DNA of 64,000 nt from Candidatus Marinacidobacterium sp. (lineage in GTDB: Bacteria; Acidobacteriota; Vicinamibacteria; Marinacidobacterales; Marinacidobacteraceae). The position numbers and the translations under genes were made by a program. The notes below the pieces were generated by a model. That model searched no databases and was not told the DNA's origin. It was given only the letters and a program-made list of their open reading frames with translations. The stretch covers positions 2,432,001-2,496,000 of the forward strand of contig OZ242011.1 of NCBI GenBank assembly GCA_965204755.1. Reading direction: 5' to 3'. Positions 48,447 to 57,433 of the stretch are shown here, in pieces; the stretch's first letter is position 1; each line of letters opens with the position of its first letter.

Positions 48447-49247
48447 GTGCTTCGCGCGATTCTCGGGTTCAGCCCGTCGGAATGGGCCGAGGCCACGGCG
48501 CGGCGCGCGGGCGCCCCTTGTGTCACTCAACAGTTCGCACGCAGTCCGGATCGGCGGATTCGCCTCATGCCTTTTCAGCCAGTACTCGGCCGAAGCGAAA
48601 CTGCCGGCGCGCGCTTACGAATATTCGCCGAAACGGCGTGCGATCTGGTGACTGCCGGCGCTCCCCCGGCGAGCGATGTCCTGGTTCACCGGCTGGAGAA
48701 GGCGGACACCGGGAGCGGTGTTGCCGGAATCCAGCGGTTGGCGCAACTCGGGTATCCGTACGCGGTCTTGTTGTATGAACGATTCCTAGGGCGTCCCTTC
48801 GCCAGTCATCGAGATTCCGTTTCCGAACTCGTCGGCGATGTCCTGGAAACTGCCGTCGAGAGGGTTCTCGCGAACGCCGGCGTCAGTTTTCGCAAGACGG
48901 CTCGGGCAGGGCGGATTCCCGGTTTCGACCAGGCGCCGGACTTCGTCGCGCCGAGCGAGTTCGAACCGCGCGTCGCGATCGAAGCCAAAATCGCGGAAGA
49001 CGACGGAACGGCGCGCGACAAGGTGACTCGGGTGCAGCACTTGGCAAGCCTCGCTCGCGCTCAAGCCGCACCGGGCGGGCCCGGGCGCTTCCAGGTCGTG
49101 GCCGTGATCGGAGGGCGGGGGTCTCGGACCCGGCGGAAGGACCTGAGGAAGCCCCTCCTCGCCACCGAGGGCAAGGTCTTCACCCTGCGCCGGTTGCACC
49201 TCTTGGTGGGGAGCACCGGCTTCGCCGAGTTCGCGGCGGCGCCCTGA
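48447..49247 (+). pseudogene. PD-(D/E)XK restriction endonuclease, probably N-terminally truncated
   Basis: QAPDFV..IEAKIAEDDGTARDKV; no convincing start or RBS. Confidence 0.6.
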
Positions 49248-49288
49248 GATCTCCCGGTCGCCGATCGCGCCTGTCGCCGGCGCGCCGG

Positions 49289-50149
49289 TCAGTCCGAAAA
49301 ACGGCGGAGGAACCGGGTGGTGCGCTCCACCATCTCGTCGAAACTCGCCGCCAGGAAGTAGTAAGGCTGGTACATCGTCGGGTCGTACTCCGTCGCCGCG
49401 GTCGCCTCGGCGGTGTATGGCCGGAGTTCAGCAGTCGCGAAGCGGTCGATCTCGCCGACCGAGGAGAGGATGCCCGCCCCGTAGGCCTTGACCTCGCCGT
49501 CTTCGAGCGCGGCGCCGAACTCCAGGGTGAACCAGTAGGTCCGGGCGATCCGTTCGACTTCCTCGTCGCTCGCCGCCTTCGCGGCGCGGCCGAAGTGGGC
49601 GCTGAGGTCCGCGTAGCCCGGGTGGGCGAACGACGCGGCGTGTCCGACCAGTTCGTGGATCACATCCGGTTCCGGCGTGTAGAGCGGCCGACTGTGGTGC
49701 CGGATGTACTGGGTGGAGAGGAACACCCGGTCGGCGAGGCAAGCGAGGAACGCGCGCGGGGTGACCAGGCCGGCCACCGGCAGCATCCGGAAGCCGGTCG
49801 CCGGGCGGATGCTCCGGTTGACTTCCTCCAACTGGGGAATGCGGTTGCGTTCGAGCGCCACCGCCTCGGCGCATTCCCGGTATTCGGCGCAGGCCCGCTC
49901 CCGGTGACGCGGGTCGAGCAGGGCGTTCACCTCCCGCCAGACCGCCTGCTCTTCCTCGGTGTAGGCGACTTCGGGAACGGGGTCGCCCGGCGAGTAGTCG
50001 AACGCCAGCCGGGCGATCGTGTTTCGGCGCGCCCGGTAGTCCGCGTCGCGGAACCCGGGATGGTCCGGGTCGAGCGGGACGAGTTCCGGCGCCTTCGCCT
50101 CCGGCGGCGCCGGCCTCGGCGGGCCTTGGAGGACGGCGCTTTCCGGCAT
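49289..50149 (-). CDS. phhA: Phenylalanine 4-monooxygenase
   Basis: DHPGF.D..YR.RR, STQYIRH, YTPEPDVIHELVGH, YWFTLEFG, AYGAGILSS. Confidence 0.92.
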   Translation of the reverse strand: MPESAVLQGPPRPAPPEAKAPELVPLDPDHPGFRDADYRARRNTIARLAFDYSPGDPVPEVAYTEEEQAVWREVNALLDPRHRERACAEYRECAEAVALERNRIPQLEEVNRSIRPATGFRMLPVAGLVTPRAFLACLADRVFLSTQYIRHHSRPLYTPEPDVIHELVGHAASFAHPGYADLSAHFGRAAKAASDEEVERIARTYWFTLEFGAALEDGEVKAYGAGILSSVGEIDRFATAELRPYTAEATAATEYDPTMYQPYYFLAASFDEMVERTTRFLRRFSD

Positions 50150-50216
50150 GGCGGCGCGGGAGTCTATCGGGGGCCGGAGGGCCGCCGCCGACGGGATTCG
50201 GCTTCGGCGCGTCCGC

Positions 50217-51623
50217 TTACAGGAGTCCCGCCGCGAGGAACGCCGCGACTGCCGCCCCGCCGCCCAGCAGCGCGTACGGCAACTGCGTGTTCACATGATC
50301 CACCAGGTCCGAACCGGAGGCCATGGAAGCGATGATCGTGGTGTCCGAGATCGGCGAGCAGTGGTCGCCGAAGATGCCGCCGGAGAGGACCGCGCCGACC
50401 ACCAGCGGCGCGTCCAGCCCCAGCACCGCCACCGACGGCATCGCCAGCGGCAGCATGATGGCGAAAGTGCCCCACGAAGTGCCGGTGGAGAAGGCCATCG
50501 CCGCCGCCGCGCCGAAGAACACCGCCGGCGCGGCCCAGGCCGGGAGCGCCCCCTCCGCCAGCCCGGCGAGGAACACTCCGGTCCCGAGGTCCCGCGCCAC
50601 CCCGGAGATGGCGAAGGCGAGCAGCAGCACGGTGACCACCGGCACCATCCCGGCAGCGCCGCGCAGCACCAGGTCCACGCTCTCGGAGAGGCCGACGGCG
50701 CGCTGCGCCAGCCCGAGCGCCACGGCGCACGCGGTGGCGGCGAGCACCGCCCAGAGCACCGAGACGCCGCCGCTTCCGGCGAGCAGGTCCCCGTCGCCGG
50801 TCACGAACAGGCCGACGAAGATCATGGCGAGCATCACCGCCAGCGGGATCGCCAAGTTTCGCGCCCGGTGGGCGGTCCCCGCCGCCGGCTCGGTGGCGAG
50901 GACTTCGTCCGCGACCAGCGGGCGGGCGCCCTCGCGGAGCACCTGTCCGGTCTCCCGCGCCCGCCGTTGCGCCCGCGCCATCGGACCGAAGTCGCGTCCG
51001 GAGAGCCCGAACCAGAACGCCAGGCCGAGCGCGGCCAGCGCGTAGAAGTTGAAGGGGATGCTCCCCACCAGCGTCCCCACCGCGCCCTCCACGCCGAGCG
51101 TGCCGAGCACGCCGATCACCAGCGCCCCCCAGCCGTTCATCGGGATCAGGATGCAGACCGGCGCCGAAGTCGAGTCGGTCAGGTACGCCAGTTTCTCGCG
51201 CGACAGCCGGAACCGGTCGAACAGCGGACGCGCCGCCGCGCCGCTCACCAGGCAGGTGATCGAAGACTCCACGAAGATCCCGAGCCCCAGGATCAACGCC
51301 AGCGCCTGGGCCCCCCGGGCGCTCCGCACCAGTCCCTTCCCGGTCACCCAGTTCACGAAGCCGCGGACCCCTCCGGTCCGCCCGGCGAGCGCCAGCACGG
51401 CGCCCACCAGCGTGCTGAACAGCAGGATCTCCGCGTTTCCGGAGAACGCGCCGGTGATCCGCGTGACCGAGGCGGCGAGCGCGGAAAAGGGCCGGCCGCC
51501 GGCGAGGACGAGTTCGCCGAGCACCACCCCGGCGAGCAGCGCGAGCACCGCCTGCCGCGTGGCGAGCGCGACCAGGATCGCCAGCACCGGGGGGACGATG
51601 CTGAGCAGGCCGGGATCTTCCAT
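50217..51623 (-). CDS. NhaC-family Na+/H+ antiporter-like transporter
   Basis: SREKLAYLTDST, FSTGTSWGT, GDHCSPISDTTI, HVNTQLPYA. Confidence 0.9.
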   Translation of the reverse strand: MEDPGLLSIVPPVLAILVALATRQAVLALLAGVVLGELVLAGGRPFSALAASVTRITGAFSGNAEILLFSTLVGAVLALAGRTGGVRGFVNWVTGKGLVRSARGAQALALILGLGIFVESSITCLVSGAAARPLFDRFRLSREKLAYLTDSTSAPVCILIPMNGWGALVIGVLGTLGVEGAVGTLVGSIPFNFYALAALGLAFWFGLSGRDFGPMARAQRRARETGQVLREGARPLVADEVLATEPAAGTAHRARNLAIPLAVMLAMIFVGLFVTGDGDLLAGSGGVSVLWAVLAATACAVALGLAQRAVGLSESVDLVLRGAAGMVPVVTVLLLAFAISGVARDLGTGVFLAGLAEGALPAWAAPAVFFGAAAAMAFSTGTSWGTFAIMLPLAMPSVAVLGLDAPLVVGAVLSGGIFGDHCSPISDTTIIASMASGSDLVDHVNTQLPYALLGGGAAVAAFLAAGLL

Positions 51624-51900
51624 GAGGGTCTTGGCGCCGCGTCTTCACCGGGGCCTCGGCGTCGCTCCGGTGTTCGCCGGCTTTCTCCGGGCGCGGGCGG
51701 CGGCGCGTATGAAACCACAGCGCCGCCCGGCGGTACACTCCGCCGCGATCTCCCTCCCGGCGCGCCGCGCTCCCGCGCCGCGCTCCCGAAAGTGCGAACG
51801 GCGGCCCCAGGACCGCCGGTGATCCCCGGTTTCCGGTCGCGCGCCGGTCGGCGGAACCACGCGGAGCGGAGAACCGCCACGAACACCCCCCGGAACTCGC

Positions 51901-53730
51901 TTGGGAGACACACCGCAGGCGCCTTCGCGCGCTGAGGCGCGGGGCGGGGACGGGGCCGGGAGAACCGGCCCGCCGCCCGGCGCCGAAGGCCGTCCGCCGA
52001 ACAAGCGCCCGGGGAACGGCCCGCGGAACGGTCCGCAGAAGAGCGCCGACGGGCGGCGGCGGCGGAAGTCGAGGGCCCCGGCTGCGGAGGGTCGCTCCGG
52101 CGAAGACCGGCCGGCCGCCCCCCTCGCCGAGCGTTCCGCCGGGTCCGGCGACGATCGCGCCGAGTCGGGGGAAGCCGCCCCGTCCGGCGAGGCCGGCGAC
52201 GCGGAACGGCGGTCGGAAGGGCGGGGGGGGCGCCGACGAACGAAGGCTCGGGGCGGGGAGCCGCGCCGCCGGGCCGGCGGCGGCGCGACCTCCGACGAAA
52301 GCGACACCGACGGCGAAACGGCCCCGTCCGCTCGCGGCCGAGGCGGCGGCGACCGCGCGAAGGGCGGCGGCCGGCAACCGGCGCCCCGCCGCCGCTCGGG
52401 CCGGGAGCGGGCGTCCCCGTCGGCGGAGGGGGCGGGCCGGCCCGACCGCTCCGCCGACGCCCGCGTCGGCGAAGTCGAGATCGTCGAGAGCGCTTCGGCG
52501 CTCGAAGCGCTGGCCGACGGGATTCGGCGCGCCGGCGCCTTCGCCCTCGACACCGAGTTCATCCCCGAAAACCGCCTGATCCCGGAACTCGGCCTCGTCC
52601 AGGTGGCGACCGCCGACCGGGAAGCGGTGGTGGATCCGCTGGCGGTCCCCGACCTGAAGCCGCTCTTCGATCTCATCGCCGACCCGGCGGTCCGGAAGGT
52701 CGTCCACTCGGGCAAGCACGACTTCGACATCTTCCACGAACTCGGCGGGGTGGTCCCCCGGAACATCTTCGACACCCAAGTGGCGGCTGCGGTCATCGGC
52801 CACCAGCGCAAACTCCAGATCGCGCTGCGCACCCTCGTCGCCGGCTTCGTGGGCCGCGACCTGTCGAAGCAGGAGCAGATGTCGAACTGGCTGGCCCGCC
52901 CGCTGACCCCCCGGCAGGTCGAATACGCGATCTCGGATGTCCGCTACCTCCTGCCGCTCGAAGCGAAACTCCGCGAGCGCGCCCGTTCGCTCGGCCGCCT
53001 GGAGTGGCTCGAGGAGGAGATGCGCCGCCTCTCGGCGAACGAGTCGTACGGCCCGCCCGCCCCGGAGCAGTACTACCGGGAACTCGACGGCCCCGGCTTC
53101 ACCGCGGAGCAGCGCGGCGCGCTGCGGGCGCTCACCGCCTGGCGCGAGCGGCAGGCGCGGCAGGCGAACCGGCCCCGGGGGAAGATCCTCAAGGACGGCG
53201 TGGTTCGCGACCTGGCCCGCCGGGGCCCCCGGAACGCGGAGCAACTGCTCGCCCCCTATGTGTGGGCGGAAGGCCGGCGTCCGCCCAAGGCCGACCCGAA
53301 GACCGCTTCCCAAGCCCGCCCGGTGCTCCAGAAGAACTCCGCCGCCATTCTCCGGGCGCTCCGCGAGGGCGCCCGGAAGCCGATCCCCTTCACCGGCTCC
53401 GGCCCGGTCGGGCGGCGCCCGGCGCCGGAATCGCTCGCCCTGCTGCTGGAGACCTGGTTGAAATTGCGCGCCACCGAACACGGCGTCGCGCCGGACCTGC
53501 TCGCCACCCAGGAGGAACTCCGCGCCATCGCCGCGGCGTGGCCGAAGGAGGCGAAGGGCGTCCGGGCGCTCGCCGGCTTCCGCCGGCAGATCCTCGGCGA
53601 GGACCTGCTGCTCATCCTCTCCGGCAAGGCGGTGATCCAGGTGGGAGGCAAGAACGCTCCCGCCGACCGACCTCCCATCCGCCTGGCCCGCCTCGGCATG
53701 CTCGGACGCCTGTCCCTGCGATCGTTCTGA
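51901..53730 (+). CDS. rnd: Ribonuclease D, possibly with a long disordered N-terminus; start uncertain
   Basis: ALDTEF, LVQVA, FDTQVAA, NW..RPL..Q..YA..DV, WRE..A...N.P HRDC. Confidence 0.85.
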   Translation: MGDTPQAPSRAEARGGDGAGRTGPPPGAEGRPPNKRPGNGPRNGPQKSADGRRRRKSRAPAAEGRSGEDRPAAPLAERSAGSGDDRAESGEAAPSGEAGDAERRSEGRGGRRRTKARGGEPRRRAGGGATSDESDTDGETAPSARGRGGGDRAKGGGRQPAPRRRSGRERASPSAEGAGRPDRSADARVGEVEIVESASALEALADGIRRAGAFALDTEFIPENRLIPELGLVQVATADREAVVDPLAVPDLKPLFDLIADPAVRKVVHSGKHDFDIFHELGGVVPRNIFDTQVAAAVIGHQRKLQIALRTLVAGFVGRDLSKQEQMSNWLARPLTPRQVEYAISDVRYLLPLEAKLRERARSLGRLEWLEEEMRRLSANESYGPPAPEQYYRELDGPGFTAEQRGALRALTAWRERQARQANRPRGKILKDGVVRDLARRGPRNAEQLLAPYVWAEGRRPPKADPKTASQARPVLQKNSAAILRALREGARKPIPFTGSGPVGRRPAPESLALLLETWLKLRATEHGVAPDLLATQEELRAIAAAWPKEAKGVRALAGFRRQILGEDLLLILSGKAVIQVGGKNAPADRPPIRLARLGMLGRLSLRSF

Positions 53731-53839
53731 TCCTGACCGCGACTCCTCCCGCCCCCGCCTCCGCCCGGTCGGGATCCGCGCCCGGCCGGGCGGTCCCGCG
53801 TCCCGCCTTTCCCGCCGCCACCTCCGGAGGTGACGCCCG

Positions 53840-55153
53840 ATGACCCCGCAACCCTGGTATCGAAAGATGTGGGCGCAGATCGTCCTCGGTCTCGTCCTCG
53901 GCATCCTCTACGGCGTCCTCTCCGCCGGCCTCGGCTGGACGCAGTTCACCGAGAACTACATCGCCCCGTTCGGCACGGTCTTCGTGAACGGCCTGCAGTT
54001 GATCGCGGTGCCGCTGGTCCTCGCCTCGCTGATCGTCGGGGTGGCCTCGCTGAGCGACATGCGGAAGGTCAGCCGCATCGGCGGGAAGACGCTGGCGATC
54101 TATGTGGCCACCACCGCCATGTCGGTGACCATCGGGCTCACCTACGCGAACCTGGTGCGCCCCGGCGACCGGGTTCCGCCGTCCCTTCGCGCCGAACTCG
54201 GCGAGCAGTACCGCGACGCGGCCGCCGGGCGGGAGGGAGCGGCGAACGCCATGATGGAAGAGCGCGGCCCGCTCGCCATCCTGGAGGACATCGTTCCGCC
54301 GAATGTCGTGTCTTCGGCGTCGAGCAACCGGAACATGCTCCAGATCGTGTTCCTGTCGCTGCTGTTCGGGATCGCGCTGATCCGCATCCCCAAGGAGACC
54401 GCGGGCCCGCTGCTGGGCTTTTTCAAGGGGCTGGAAGCGGTGGTGGTCGAGTTCGTGGGGATCGTCATGCGGATCGCGCCGCTCGGGGTGTTCGCCCTGA
54501 TCGCCCGCGCCATCTCCGGGATGGCCGGGGACGACCCCGGGGAGGTGGTCGCGCTGCTCGGCGCGCTCGGCTTCTACTGCCTGGTGGTGGTCGTGGGGCT
54601 CGCGACCCAGATGTTCGTGGTGTACCCGCTGATCCTGAAGTTCTTCACGCCCCTCGGCTGGCGGCGGGTGCTGACCGCCGCCGCCCCGGTGCAACTCGTC
54701 GCCTTCTCCACCAGTTCCAGCGGCGCCACCCTGCCGGTGACCATGCGCCGGGCCCGGCAGATGGGCGTCTCCGAAGAGGTCTCCTCGTTCGTCCTGCCGC
54801 TCGGCGCGACCGTGAACATGGACGGCACCGCCCTCTACCAGGCGGCGGCGGCGCTGTTCATCGCCCAGGCGCTCGGCATCCCGGTGGGGCTCGAGGGCCA
54901 ACTCGCCATCGTGCTGACCGCCGTCCTGGCCTCCATCGGCACCGCCGCGGTGCCCGGCGCCGGCATCATCATGCTGGTCATCATCCTGCAGGCGATCGGC
55001 GTTCCCGCGGAGGGCGTGGCGCTCATCCTGGGCGTGGACCGCTTGCTCGACATGCTGCGGACCGCGACCAATGTGACCGGCGACCTCACCGTCGCCTCGG
55101 TCGTCGCCGCCTCCGAAGAGGGCCAACTCGACCTCGACAACGCCGAGGTCTGA
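53840..55153 (+). CDS. Dicarboxylate/amino acid:cation symporter (GltP-like)
   Basis: AFSTSSSGATLP, PLGATVNMDGT, DRLLDMLRTATNVTGD. Confidence 0.93.
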   Translation: MTPQPWYRKMWAQIVLGLVLGILYGVLSAGLGWTQFTENYIAPFGTVFVNGLQLIAVPLVLASLIVGVASLSDMRKVSRIGGKTLAIYVATTAMSVTIGLTYANLVRPGDRVPPSLRAELGEQYRDAAAGREGAANAMMEERGPLAILEDIVPPNVVSSASSNRNMLQIVFLSLLFGIALIRIPKETAGPLLGFFKGLEAVVVEFVGIVMRIAPLGVFALIARAISGMAGDDPGEVVALLGALGFYCLVVVVGLATQMFVVYPLILKFFTPLGWRRVLTAAAPVQLVAFSTSSSGATLPVTMRRARQMGVSEEVSSFVLPLGATVNMDGTALYQAAAALFIAQALGIPVGLEGQLAIVLTAVLASIGTAAVPGAGIIMLVIILQAIGVPAEGVALILGVDRLLDMLRTATNVTGDLTVASVVAASEEGQLDLDNAEV

Positions 55154-55165
55154 GAACGGCCGAGC

Positions 55166-55192
55166 CCCCGGCGGGTTTCGCGCCCGCCGGGG
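55166..55192. terminator. GC-rich hairpin between convergent genes
   Basis: CCCCGGCGGG-7 nt-CCCGCCGGGG perfect 10-bp stem; no U-tract. Confidence 0.45.
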
Positions 55193-55198
55193 CGGCGC

Positions 55199-55786
55199 TC
55201 AGTCGAGCGCGCCGGTCTCGATCAGCGCGCCGATCTCCTCGTCGAGGACTTCGCCGACCGGGCCGAAGTAGCGCTTCAGGATCTTCCCGTCCCGATCCAC
55301 CAGGTACTTGGTGGGGTAGCCGAGGAACGGGCCGAAGGCGTCGCGCGCTTCGTCCGACCCCATGACATTCGGGTAGGTGAGCCCCCGCTCGGCCACGAAT
55401 TCCGCGACATCCTCCGCGCTTCCGGACTCGAGGACGATCCCCAGCATCAGGAAGTCCTCGCCCGGGAAGGCTTCCGAGAGGCTTTGCAGGTGCGGCAACT
55501 CGGCGACGCAGGGGACGCACCAGGTGGCCCACAGGTCCACGAGCACCACGCGGCCGGCCCCGGCTTCGCGCAGGTCGAGCGGCTCGCCGTCGTCGGCCCG
55601 GGGCAGGGTCAGCGCCGGCGCTTCGGCGGCGATGCCGCCCCCCGCCGCGCCGCCCCCGCCGGAGTCGTCCGCGGGCGGCGCGCACGCGGAACCGGCGAGC
55701 GCGAATCCGAGGAGGGTGAGCCCGAGCGTGGCGGGGGAAGAGCGGAGGACGAAGTAGCGCACGAGAGGTCTCCCGGGGGTCTCCAC
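55199..55786 (-). CDS. TlpA-family thiol:disulfide reductase lipoprotein
   Basis: WATWCVPC, YPTKYLVDRDG. Confidence 0.88.
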   Translation of the reverse strand: METPGRPLVRYFVLRSSPATLGLTLLGFALAGSACAPPADDSGGGGAAGGGIAAEAPALTLPRADDGEPLDLREAGAGRVVLVDLWATWCVPCVAELPHLQSLSEAFPGEDFLMLGIVLESGSAEDVAEFVAERGLTYPNVMGSDEARDAFGPFLGYPTKYLVDRDGKILKRYFGPVGEVLDEEIGALIETGALD

Positions 55787-55799
55787 CGGCGAAGTCGGT

Positions 55800-56204
55800 T
55801 CAGTTGCGGGGCGGTTGGAGGGTGCGCAGGTAGTGCACCACCTGCCACCGCTCCTCTTCGCTCAGCGTCCGGGCCATCCCCGGCATCGGTTTCCGGCCCT
55901 CGGTGATCTTGTAGAAGAGTTCGCCGTCGGTCATCCGGTCCCGGGCTTCCTCGGTCGAAATGTCCGCCGGCGGCGGCTTGATGAACCGGGTCGCCTTCCC
56001 GTCGCCCTTGGCGGCGTCGCCGTGGCAGGTGGCGCACCGGGCCTGGTAGGCGGTCTTCCCGGCTTCGAGGACCGCGTCGCTGAGGGGCACCGGGTTCTCG
56101 ACGGCCCGGGCCTCGTCCGGGACGAGCCACTCCTCCTGGGCGAGAGCGGCCGCGCCCGAGCAGAGGGAGAAGCAGAGGAGGAGTCGGGGGATTCGCGCGG
56201 GCAT
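55800..56204 (-). CDS. Monoheme cytochrome c
   Basis: Signal peptide, CATCHG, DGELFYKITEG..PMP. Confidence 0.9.
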   Translation of the reverse strand: MPARIPRLLLCFSLCSGAAALAQEEWLVPDEARAVENPVPLSDAVLEAGKTAYQARCATCHGDAAKGDGKATRFIKPPPADISTEEARDRMTDGELFYKITEGRKPMPGMARTLSEEERWQVVHYLRTLQPPRN

Positions 56205-56270
56205 GGGCGTTCTCGCCGGTCGGGCGGCGCGCCCCGGCGGTCGGTGGGTTTCCAATGGGGGAGGGCGGCG

Positions 56271-56999
56271 CTATCCCAGCACCGGCAGGAAGGTCAGGTA
56301 GCGGGAGAGGGCCTGCAGGCTGTCGGTGAACACCAGGACGCCGATCACGATGAGCAACGCTCCGCTGCCGATCTCGATCGCCCGCATCCGGGACTTGATC
56401 TTCCGGGAGATCGAGAGGAACCGGTTCACCGCCAGCCCGGTGAGCAGGAACGGCGCTCCCAGCCCCAGGGAATACACGCTGAGCAGCACGATGCCCTGTC
56501 CGACGGTCTCCCGCTGGGCGGCCAGCACCAGCACCGTGGCCAGAATCGGGCCGATGCAGGGGGACCAGCCGAAGGCGAACGCCAGGCCGATCCCGAAGGA
56601 GCCGATGAGGCCCACCGGTTCCCGGTCGGTGTGGAGGCGCTTTTCCAGGTTCAGGAAGCCGATCCGCAGGACGCCCATCACATGGAGTCCGAACAGCACG
56701 ATCACCGATCCGGCGATCCGGGAGAGCCAGAGCCGGTTCCCGGCGAGCCACTGCCCGGCGTAGGTCGCGGACGCCCCCATCGCCACGAACACGATGGAGA
56801 ACCCGAGCACGAACACCAGCGTGTTGCGCACCACCCGCCGCCGGCGTTCCCGGTACTCCTCGCCGCTCTGCTCGGCGAGTTCGCTCAGCGAAATCCCGGA
56901 GACGAACGACACATAGCCGGGAACGAGCGGCAGCACGCAGGGCGAGATGAACGAGATCACCCCGGCGCCGAGCGCGGTGAGCAGGGTCAGGGCATCCAT
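56271..56999 (-). CDS. ccdA: Cytochrome c biogenesis protein CcdA
   Basis: SFISPCVLPLVPGY and FGWSPCIGPIL. Confidence 0.92.
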   Translation of the reverse strand: MDALTLLTALGAGVISFISPCVLPLVPGYVSFVSGISLSELAEQSGEEYRERRRRVVRNTLVFVLGFSIVFVAMGASATYAGQWLAGNRLWLSRIAGSVIVLFGLHVMGVLRIGFLNLEKRLHTDREPVGLIGSFGIGLAFAFGWSPCIGPILATVLVLAAQRETVGQGIVLLSVYSLGLGAPFLLTGLAVNRFLSISRKIKSRMRAIEIGSGALLIVIGVLVFTDSLQALSRYLTFLPVLG

Positions 57000-57433
57000 G
57001 GGGTTCCGGGGCGCGCGACGCGGTTGACGGGCCGTTCGTCTGCGGCGGCCGTCCCGTCGGGAGGACAGGGCAAGCGGGGAAAGATCGACAAGGGGGTCGA
57101 GACCGGCGAAACCCGGTTGCGCCGGCCACCGTCGCGTGGCGGCGGGGCGGAATCGTAGCCGGGAGGTCGGCCCTCCCGATCGGGGGCTCCGCGCGCTGCG
57201 CCTTCGGTTGGCCTCTCGCCGGCGCGCGCCCGAAGTCCGGCTTCCGCCCGCATTCGCGGCCCGTTCCGCCAGCCGGACCGCTCGAGGGCGGCCTCCGGCC
57301 CGCGCGCCGAGGCGACTTTTCCGAAATTCGCCCGTTTCGGCCCGTTTCGTGAGCAGAAATCGTCGGCCATCCGTCCAACTTTTCGTTCGCGCTCCTCCCC
57401 GGACTCCCGAGTCCCAACACGGAAGGCCCCCCA

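Noticed and set aside
57000-57433. ncRNA or riboswitch in long intergenic regions (also 15060-15430 and 51625-51900)
   Set aside because: No recognisable RNA family motif; an Rfam/Infernal search would be needed
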